20,000 nt of DNA from an uncultured virus (IMG/VR IMGVR_UViG_3300027820_000030) (taxonomy: Duplodnaviria > Heunggongvirae > Uroviricota > Caudoviricetes), in the IMG/VR virus record IMGVR_UViG_3300027820_000030; one strand, written 5' to 3'. How positions within the stretch are numbered: position 1 is the first letter of the stretch; each line of letters starts with the position of its first letter. Shown here piece after piece: positions 9,101 through 15,621 of this stretch. The translations under genes were made by a program, and so were the position numbers. The notes under the pieces are model-generated. The model did not search any database, was not told the origin of the DNA, and saw nothing but the letters and a program-made list of their open reading frames with translations.

Positions 9101-9343
9101 TCACCTCAATCTCTGTATTTTCACTCTACCGTTACGCACATAGCGTACTGTTGTTATGCCCTGGTCACGTAAATACTTACGTAACGCTTTAGCCTGCTCA
9201 AGTGTAACCTGTCTATCCAGCCCATGTATAGTCACCTCATTCATGGGCCAGAAATACACGAGCACCGTGAAGCATTCGTATGTCATTTCGTCCGGCGTAC
9301 TACCTATCTCACCGAACCGGTATGGTTCGATAAGGGATTGCAT
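9101..9343 (-). CDS. Hypothetical protein (80 aa)
   Basis: GAGG RBS; abuts the fibre gene stop and ends 3 nt before terS. Confidence 0.7.
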   Translation of the reverse strand: MQSLIEPYRFGEIGSTPDEMTYECFTVLVYFWPMNEVTIHGLDRQVTLEQAKALRKYLRDQGITTVRYVRNGRVKIQRLR

Positions 9344-11074
9344 TTATGCCTCTATTAATGCTATGTATTTGACATCAACCGCACTGCTCGAAGTGAGACT
9401 TCCTAGCGAAATCATGTTTTCCTGATTGTAATACTCAAATGATAATACCGCCATGCTGTCACCATCGCCGTAAATATCGGCAAGCCCGTTAGTATATAGA
9501 ACTCTGCGACCAACTGCGCCAGCGTGAGCAGTACCGAAACAGAAATCTGCATCACCGTTAAACCTCGCCACAGCAATATAACGCTTGCCAAACTTACATA
9601 TTGATGTAATGTTTTGGCGAATACTCCATGAGGAGTTGGCCGGAGTTAGGGTTAAAACGCCACCAGAAAAACTAGACGTACAATCCGTCAACTCCCACCC
9701 TGTAGTGTCGGTATCAAGCGAGCCATTTGAAAGTACATTTAAACCTCCTTTTATTGCACTCAACTCGCAATCAGTCGTCACTACTGATAAAGGGTCTGTA
9801 GTACTTTTGCCAAATGCCACATATGTATAGTTAGGACGGTCCTGCAAACCAACAGAAAGCCCAGTAGCAAAAAGGTTAAAAGATGGGCTAGTGTCCAGCG
9901 GCGTTCCGTTTTCTTGTAGCTCAATAACACCGCCTGTCACCGCTGTGTTATCTTTTGAGTATGCCGAAGCAACAACTAACCACTCTTCACCCGCCGAACC
10001 AAACTCTAATGTCCCCGCTGTTGGGTAAACTAAGTCAGGATACTTGTGCAAAGGTGTATCCATGTTTCTGCATCGAATGCCTTCGGCAACCGTGTTCTTA
10101 CCAAAGTCGTGAATATCTACATTGTTGTAACAGGATGCTTGAATATACGCATCGACCGATTTGGGGTGCAATTCAACGTCAGTATCGTAAAGAATGCCGC
10201 CAGAAAAGCTTAACTTTCCGCTGATATTTTGAATTGCTCCGCGCTCAAGCTGGCAATTATTCAAATAAATAGAGTTCAGCCTTTCTGCATTGCCGTCGTT
10301 TACGAAATAGGCACCGAATTCGCTTGTATTTCCTGTATTTTTTTCGAAATTACACTCTGTGAACGTAATGCCTCGGCAATCGTCGCCGCAATAAACAGCT
10401 ACATTATCACTGTCCTCCATTATCATCACATCGACAAATTTTAGTGAGTTGCTGTTGTCGATAGAAATACCTTTAAACGAATTACGTATCCAGATATTTT
10501 CCCATGTCGTTAAAAATGTATTGGTTATCTCCATGGCGAAATTGGACGTAACATTCACGGCATCAATTTGGAATCCTTCAAACTTATTCTTTGTGTAATC
10601 AATTGATGCTGAACTGTCTGGCTCAAATGCAGGAAAATCGCCTGTTGGCCTTATAATTGAACCTTGGAAGCTTCGGCCAAATCCGGTTAGCTGCTTATCC
10701 TTTCTGTACCCCAGAGTAGCATCAATATCGTAACGAATATCAGACAGCACTGAACCCATGCTTGAATTCATAGCGTCTTGAAGTGAGTCGTAGTTATCAA
10801 CGGATTCAGCGCTTCTTTTTATTGTCGCCACACCCCCAACCAACTGCACCTCATAGGGGCCGTCGGCGCATTGAATCTGAATAGCTACCGCTTCGGTATC
10901 TGGCAGGTCAAAACCGGTAAAGCGCGGATTGTCGTTAGTAAACGAATAGCCGGAGAAATAACCTGGCGCGGTAATGTCTGCGATAGTGTCGGTTGGATGA
11001 AAATACGTGTAGTCGTCTGGTATGCCGCGTGGATTACGCTTTTTAAGGTTAATGTTTTCCGGTTTAAGTGCCAT
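9344..11074 (-). CDS. Fibre/spike protein: parallel beta-helix (pectate-lyase-like) plus a C-terminal carbohydrate-binding-like domain
   Basis: LTGFG...SIIR, FEGFQID, WENIWIRN, FTECNFE and LNNCQLE repeats are typical of beta-helices; NVLSNGSLDTDTTGW resembles the start of a CBM jelly-roll. Confidence 0.75.
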   Translation of the reverse strand: MALKPENINLKKRNPRGIPDDYTYFHPTDTIADITAPGYFSGYSFTNDNPRFTGFDLPDTEAVAIQIQCADGPYEVQLVGGVATIKRSAESVDNYDSLQDAMNSSMGSVLSDIRYDIDATLGYRKDKQLTGFGRSFQGSIIRPTGDFPAFEPDSSASIDYTKNKFEGFQIDAVNVTSNFAMEITNTFLTTWENIWIRNSFKGISIDNSNSLKFVDVMIMEDSDNVAVYCGDDCRGITFTECNFEKNTGNTSEFGAYFVNDGNAERLNSIYLNNCQLERGAIQNISGKLSFSGGILYDTDVELHPKSVDAYIQASCYNNVDIHDFGKNTVAEGIRCRNMDTPLHKYPDLVYPTAGTLEFGSAGEEWLVVASAYSKDNTAVTGGVIELQENGTPLDTSPSFNLFATGLSVGLQDRPNYTYVAFGKSTTDPLSVVTTDCELSAIKGGLNVLSNGSLDTDTTGWELTDCTSSFSGGVLTLTPANSSWSIRQNITSICKFGKRYIAVARFNGDADFCFGTAHAGAVGRRVLYTNGLADIYGDGDSMAVLSFEYYNQENMISLGSLTSSSAVDVKYIALIEA

Positions 11075-11119
11075 TGCGCTGCCCTCATTGGTGATAATTC
11101 ATTCTACAGCACATGACGC

Positions 11120-11148
11120 AAATAAAAAAGCCCTGCGGATAACAGGGC
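11120..11148 (-). terminator. Rho-independent terminator upstream of the late genes
   Basis: Minus strand GCCCTG-TTATCCG-CAGGGC-TTTTTTATTT. Confidence 0.88.
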
Positions 11149-11186
11149 AACTGGAGGGGAAGAAACAAAATGATTTACTCACTCAC

Positions 11187-11215
11187 ACCATAGCGGGTTA
11201 GTTGTGTGGTGTCAA
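11187..11215 (-). promoter_or_regulatory. Sigma70-like promoter (pR'-like position)
   Basis: Minus strand TTGACA-N17-TATGGT. Confidence 0.65.
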
Positions 11216-11403
11216 CCATCCCACCCAGGCACCAGTTTAATTTCAAGCGGATAGCGTCCGGCTAAAATCTCCGCGCCGTTATCCAGTCCTTTGATGTACT
11301 GCTCAAAGGCATTAATCGCTTCGCCGGTTGTACGGGCATTAGGTACACGCATTCTCACCACCTCGCCGTTTACCTGGGTTTTGCATTGAAATACGAGGCT
11401 CAC
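11212..11403 (-). CDS. Hypothetical protein (63 aa, MSLVFQCKTQ...)
   Basis: GTGA overlap with the upstream gene favours the GTG at 11403 as start. Confidence 0.6.
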   Translation of the reverse strand: MSLVFQCKTQVNGEVVRMRVPNARTTGEAINAFEQYIKGLDNGAEILAGRYPLEIKLVPGWDG

Positions 11404-11570
11404 GACAACAACCCCCATCCAAGCATAAACAGCCACACGGCCCATCCAAAACACGCCGCAGCAACATTGCCTTTCGTCTGCTCGACATATTCACCCCATG
11501 CAAGTTCAAGCGATGCCCATGATATACCGGCGAATGTGACTACCATGTATGTGTAATAGAATTCGTTCAT
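11400..11570 (-). CDS. Small two-TM membrane protein (56 aa; not in the ORF track)
   Basis: MNEFYYTYMVVTFAGISWASLELAW...FGWAVWLFMLGWGLLS*; ATGA and GTGA overlaps. Confidence 0.65.
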   Translation of the reverse strand: MNEFYYTYMVVTFAGISWASLELAWGEYVEQTKGNVAAACFGWAVWLFMLGWGLLS

Positions 11571-11854
11571 ACCTCACCCCGTGCTTTTGCTAGTAGCATC
11601 TCGACCTCATCTGCCGCCCTGTGAGCATTTATATCTGTTAGTTGACCTGAAAGCTTTTCAAGCATCGCGTACATATCCGGTGCCGCTGCTATTAGGTGGG
11701 CGTTACAGTGAGACTCTTCGCTTATGTTGCATCCTGTATGGTCTGGGTCAAATCCCCACACTGTCCCAACAGTACCCGACATTGAATTAATTTCAATTAA
11801 GCCTCCTTCGTCATTTACCGTCCACTCGCCTTTCGTAAATTTAGCCTCACTCAT
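11567..11854 (-). CDS. Conserved phage hypothetical protein (95 aa)
   Basis: KFTKGEW...NAHLIAAAPDM pattern is common in phage early regions; ATGA coupling. Confidence 0.8.
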   Translation of the reverse strand: MSEAKFTKGEWTVNDEGGLIEINSMSGTVGTVWGFDPDHTGCNISEESHCNAHLIAAAPDMYAMLEKLSGQLTDINAHRAADEVEMLLAKARGEV

Positions 11855-12039
11855 TTCCTCGCCCTCCAACTCTTCTTTGCCTTATGTATCGCTGTAAATG
11901 CTTCGATATTGTCATTTACCACACGATACGCGTATTGCGGGTGACAGCCTACCGCATTGGATAGTGACAGCACCGTGCGATACTTACCTGTTTTCGCCTC
12001 TGCGATGATTGCAGGCGCTATTGTGCCGTATCGTTTCAT
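11851..12039 (-). CDS. Small HTH-like hypothetical protein
   Basis: TVLSLSNAVGCHPQYAYRVV resembles an HTH; GAGG RBS. Confidence 0.65.
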   Translation of the reverse strand: MKRYGTIAPAIIAEAKTGKYRTVLSLSNAVGCHPQYAYRVVNDNIEAFTAIHKAKKSWRARK

Positions 12040-12194
12040 TCCTCTTCCTCACAGTCCAGTATCTCGGCGTCGTACCAATAACTGTCAGCGTACTGTGCTT
12101 CCGCATGTGCCATTGCTTTGGCGTCATCCGCATTATCAGCCTCAACCCACAATTCATCTTCCATCATCATTTGTGTTTTTACTAAATATTTCAT
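12036..12194 (-). CDS. Small acidic hypothetical protein (52 aa; not in the ORF track)
   Basis: MKYLVKTQMMMEDELWVEADNADDAKAMA...EEEE*; ATGA overlaps at both ends. Confidence 0.7.
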   Translation of the reverse strand: MKYLVKTQMMMEDELWVEADNADDAKAMAHAEAQYADSYWYDAEILDCEEEE

Positions 12195-12355
12195 ATCCTA
12201 CCCCCATTCTCTGCGTATTTGCGCATAAGTTCTGGATGATTGAAAATCTCGAATGTCACTTTGCGTGTTTTCAACCCCGTTACCTGTGCGATTTTAATGT
12301 AACTACGTGCGCCGTCTTGTAGTGCGGCGCTCACTTTGCGGTAGTGTTTGTTCAC
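12191..12355 (-). CDS. Small basic HTH-like protein (54 aa; not in the ORF track)
   Basis: MNKHYRKVSAALQDGARSYIKIAQVTGLKTRKVTFEI...*; GTGA and ATGA overlaps. Confidence 0.6.
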   Translation of the reverse strand: MNKHYRKVSAALQDGARSYIKIAQVTGLKTRKVTFEIFNHPELMRKYAENGGRI

Positions 12356-12729
12356 AAAAAATGCTCCCAATCATACCCGGCGGGCATTTCTTCAGACGTA
12401 ACGATGTGATTATAAATCTCGTCTTTCGCCAGCTTGTCGAATAGCTCTTGATTCAACCGGCCTATATCAACGCCACCCATTGAGATTGCAATCAGCCTGC
12501 GCATTTCTTCAGACTCGCACATAGAGTTAATGACAGTATCTTCTGACACGATGTAAATGTTATTGCAGTATCTCCACTCCATCGATTTACCGTCTGCAAC
12601 AACCTCTGCCAGCTTCTCAGCGATATACCATAGATTATCATTGCTGATACTGTCATAGGTCAGTGGCGTTGATTCTGGCTCGCCTGGTAGCTGTCTGTCG
12701 TATGCGGTTTGATGTTGTTCTAGATTCAT
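12352..12729 (-). CDS. Acidic hypothetical protein (125 aa)
   Basis: GGAGGG RBS 6 nt before ATG 12729; first gene after a TATAAT box. Confidence 0.75.
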   Translation of the reverse strand: MNLEQHQTAYDRQLPGEPESTPLTYDSISNDNLWYIAEKLAEVVADGKSMEWRYCNNIYIVSEDTVINSMCESEEMRRLIAISMGGVDIGRLNQELFDKLAKDEIYNHIVTSEEMPAGYDWEHFL

Positions 12730-12754
12730 CTTCATCCCTCCATTAGTTTCACCC

Positions 12755-12793
12755 ATTATAACGGGTTAATTTTGTTTTGTGGTTTGACCAGTT
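12755..12793 (-). promoter_or_regulatory. Promoter (-10 TATAAT) with an upstream TGGT-N3-ACCA palindrome
   Basis: TATAAT at 12755-12760, no good -35, TGGTTTGACCA at 12780-12790. Confidence 0.45.
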
Positions 12794-13457
12794 ATTTCAC
12801 ATCGTAGTTGTCTTCCATGTACTTCCTAGCACTTACAGCAAGCATAAATGCCTCCCGATCTCCGTACTTGTTTTTTGAAAAGTTCTTTTCAACCTTTTTC
12901 CCACAAGGTTTTGTATATTTTGCGCAATACCTATTGCCGCAATCTGATACTCCGTTTACACCTGTTTTTGAGTCCCTCCTAACTCGCCTGTTTAGGGTTT
13001 GCTGTCTTTTTGTCGCCCATCGGCAGTTAGATGGCTCATAATTGCCGTCATTATCAATCCTGTCTAAAGATGTTCCATCTGGCCTTCTACCCATGTCTTT
13101 ATAAAAATTCTCAAAACTTTCTAACCATGCGTCACAGACTTTTATACCCCTAGAACCCCAATTTCTGTAACCTGGGTTGTTTTTATTGTGGCACCTTTGA
13201 ATCATTAAAGACCATATTCTATATTCTGTACTCTTTCTCATTCCATGCTTTTTGTTATTTCTACTTGCAACATCGGCACTGAAGCACCCGCATGAATTCG
13301 TTTTCCCAGAGCTTAAATTATATCCCTGAACATCCCTCACTGTCCCGCAATCGCATACGCATCTCCACATAGCCCTTCCCTTACTGCTATTTTCAACCCT
13401 CTCGATCACGGTCCATCTATTTATTTTCTTTCCGGTTAAATCTATTAATTTTCCCAT
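12792..13457 (-). CDS. HNH homing-endonuclease-like protein with an AP2-like C-terminus
   Basis: DLTGKK...WRCVCDCG...SCGC; SLDRIDNDGNYEPSNCRWAT; SKTGVNGV...AVSARK; AT-rich relative to the flanks. Confidence 0.88.
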   Translation of the reverse strand: MGKLIDLTGKKINRWTVIERVENSSKGRAMWRCVCDCGTVRDVQGYNLSSGKTNSCGCFSADVASRNNKKHGMRKSTEYRIWSLMIQRCHNKNNPGYRNWGSRGIKVCDAWLESFENFYKDMGRRPDGTSLDRIDNDGNYEPSNCRWATKRQQTLNRRVRRDSKTGVNGVSDCGNRYCAKYTKPCGKKVEKNFSKNKYGDREAFMLAVSARKYMEDNYDVK

Positions 13458-13471
13458 TTTATTTCACCAAT

Positions 13472-13577
13472 AAAAAAGCCAACACACTAGTGCAGGGTGA
13501 GAATTGGCTTGTAAGTTAGCCTCCTGCGCCAATGTATTGGCTGTTTTACACTTACTTGATAGGCTTCTCACGGCCTA
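13472..13577 (-). ncRNA. C4/CI-like structured leader RNA ending in a terminator
   Basis: 20-bp stem (13523-13542 with 13477-13496) followed by U6; the internal single-stranded ACUUAC and UUCUCAC are complementary to upstream GUAAGU and GUGAGAA. Confidence 0.65.
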
Positions 13578-13582
13578 AGTTA

Positions 13583-13610
13583 ATTATACATGCGGACGTA
13601 TTAATGTAAA
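13583..13610 (-). promoter_or_regulatory. Sigma70-like promoter of the HNH unit
   Basis: TTTACA-N16-TATAAT. Confidence 0.7.
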
Positions 13611-13615
13611 CAACA

Positions 13616-14278
13616 TCATTCAACCTCAAAATCATTGTTAACATGCTGCATAAAATCAGCGACTGTCCAATTCACAAACGCAGCGCGTTCCATCATTTCG
13701 ATAATCTCTTTATGTGTAATTGGTGGTTTGCGTTTCCAGATTACCTGACCTGCTCTAGTGACCTTCTCCGCGATGTAAGGAATCCCCATAAACTGCTCGC
13801 CGCCAACATTGTAATACATGCCGTTAAAGTAAACATAATAACGCTGACCATCGCAGTCTATGCAGTCACCCTCAATTAACTCAGGCATTTCACCTGTTGC
13901 AATTTCACCATTCCTCCTCTCTACCTCTGCTTCGAATTCTTCGCGGGTGCAGACGTACACGTAACAGTCCGGAACGTCCATTGATTCGCGATAGATAAAT
14001 CCAAGCTTCTCGTGCCAAAATAAATAATCAAAACCGTCACGCTTCCACTCTCGAAACAAATCAACCGCATCACTCACCGTCTTGCGTGTTGGATTTTTAT
14101 TTATGCCAACAACTTTATTGCCAGACAAAACGCAATCATGCGCATTAACCGTCTTGCGTGGTTTTAGTTGGGATTCTAGGTGTGTTATATACTCGTGCAA
14201 CTCTGATGCAGATTCGGCTTTCATGCCTACGTCAGCGTACACGCTTAGTGTTTCGATTAATTCAACTGGCCGCTTCAT
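13616..14278 (-). CDS. Hypothetical protein (220 aa)
   Basis: AAGGAG RBS; ATGA coupling. Confidence 0.8.
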   Translation of the reverse strand: MKRPVELIETLSVYADVGMKAESASELHEYITHLESQLKPRKTVNAHDCVLSGNKVVGINKNPTRKTVSDAVDLFREWKRDGFDYLFWHEKLGFIYRESMDVPDCYVYVCTREEFEAEVERRNGEIATGEMPELIEGDCIDCDGQRYYVYFNGMYYNVGGEQFMGIPYIAEKVTRAGQVIWKRKPPITHKEIIEMMERAAFVNWTVADFMQHVNNDFEVE

Positions 14279-14478
14279 TTCTCAAGCTCCTTTAAGAGTG
14301 CGTCTGCTTGCATTGTAGCCCAAATAGCCATATGGCTCGCCTCAACATCTGCTAAATTACTGTTGGCTAATAGGCCCTGCATAGCCAATCCCGCAAAATA
14401 CTCACGCTTGGTTAGGCCGGAATCACCAACCCCATTAGAGTCTGTTACTGGCATTGCCGGTTTTTCTGCGTTGTTCAT
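14275..14478 (-). CDS. Conserved phage hypothetical protein (67 aa)
   Basis: GLTKREYFAGLAMQGLLAN is a widespread phage motif; GGAGG RBS. Confidence 0.85.
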   Translation of the reverse strand: MNNAEKPAMPVTDSNGVGDSGLTKREYFAGLAMQGLLANSNLADVEASHMAIWATMQADALLKELEK

Positions 14479-14618
14479 TTCCCTTCCTCCAATTTCTCTA
14501 ACCGAACAGATAGAACCTGCTCGCCGTTTTTGTTTACGTATGGCCCGTCTAGCTCAAACGACTTTACCGGTCGCTTGGCTAGGTTTGGGTGTTTTTTGAT
14601 TAGTTGGGCGAGTGTCAT
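14475..14618 (-). CDS. Hypothetical protein (47 aa; not in the ORF track)
   Basis: MTLAQLIKKHPNLAKRPVKSFELDGPY...LEEGK*; ATGA overlaps at both ends. Confidence 0.65.
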   Translation of the reverse strand: MTLAQLIKKHPNLAKRPVKSFELDGPYVNKNGEQVLSVRLEKLEEGK

Positions 14619-14797
14619 TTTGACTCACCATAGATTTCAAAATAAGTATCTCCGGCAATAGTCTTGTTTATATCCAGGCATTTAACACCTGACTCGACTT
14701 CGCCGTCATTATCAAACGCAATCGCCATATGTAACTCAGCATCGCCATTCTCTTCGATAGCTCTGGCTAGTCTGTAAATCAATTCGCTTGCTTTCAT
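14615..14797 (-). CDS. Hypothetical protein (60 aa)
   Basis: GAGGAGG RBS; first gene after a promoter. Confidence 0.8.
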   Translation of the reverse strand: MKASELIYRLARAIEENGDAELHMAIAFDNDGEVESGVKCLDINKTIAGDTYFEIYGESK

Positions 14798-14822
14798 ATC
14801 TTCCTCCTCAGTTAATAATTAA

Positions 14823-14850
14823 ATTATACGTCACCGTTTTGTGGTGTCGA
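14823..14850 (-). promoter_or_regulatory. Sigma70-like promoter
   Basis: TCGACA-N16-TATAAT. Confidence 0.65.
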
Positions 14851-14946
14851 TGTTGCTCGTCGCTCATATATGTCATTCGTCGCAATCTCACACTCACACC
14901 CTGGAAACCGTTCCCGCAAACTCTGCTCGATGTCGTCGGCTGGTAG

Positions 14947-15621
14947 CTACTTTCTAGTTAAAACCCAATCATGCGTGTCTGACTGCGTAAAAAGCATATC
15001 ATTGAAGTCGCTAACGTCAGTCGGCACGCGTATCGTAACCTTGTCCGGTCCATCCATTCTGTTTATGTTTTTGTTTCCACATTCAAAGGCGGCTGCTAAT
15101 CCGGTGCCGTTTTTGTCATTGTCAGCAAATATAATCAGGTGTCTTACTGATCGCGGGGCTATGAACTGCTTCATATATCCAGCGTTTGCCGTTGACCATG
15201 TAGGGCAATCATAAATTTGTGTTGCGCTTAATGCCGTCTCCATACCTTCAGCTATTCCTATGGTTGCGTCACAATCAAACATTCTTATGGCTGCGCCTCT
15301 ACTTATGCTACTGCCGCACGCATCGCAAATTAGATTTTCTTGCCCGTTAGCAGTGAATATCTTTTTTGCGTTTATGCCTTGCGCCTTTCTACCGCCTTCA
15401 ATGTAAGTCCTGTGAAAATATGCAATCCGCATTCTGTCTGTTGTCATTGCGCTTGTCATACTTCTTAGCGGTCGTTTGGATTCTGGCTCAACTGTTGTCA
15501 GCTCATATCTAACGCCCTTGCGAGGCAGTATGTTTATTCTTCGGCTTAACAGGTACTCTTCTGCCTCAGTTCCTTTTAATTCGTCCATAAATTTAAACTC
15601 AAATACAAAATCATCGTTCAT
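14947..15621 (-). CDS. TOPRIM primase-like protein lacking the N-terminal Zn-binding domain
   Basis: GTEAEEYLLSRRI, YFHRTY, IGIAEGMETALS, IIFADND and DFND motifs; 11-nt overlap with the helicase gene. Confidence 0.88.
   Translation of the reverse strand: MNDDFVFEFKFMDELKGTEAEEYLLSRRINILPRKGVRYELTTVEPESKRPLRSMTSAMTTDRMRIAYFHRTYIEGGRKAQGINAKKIFTANGQENLICDACGSSISRGAAIRMFDCDATIGIAEGMETALSATQIYDCPTWSTANAGYMKQFIAPRSVRHLIIFADNDKNGTGLAAAFECGNKNINRMDGPDKVTIRVPTDVSDFNDMLFTQSDTHDWVLTRK

Noticed and set aside
11400..11570. Two-TM protein as a holin
   Set aside because: No endolysin or spanin gene nearby and no charged C-terminal tail.
14076..14160. 13-bp direct repeat ACCGTCTTGCGTG, 72 bp apart
   Set aside because: In-frame coding duplication (RKTV), only two copies; not an array or att site.
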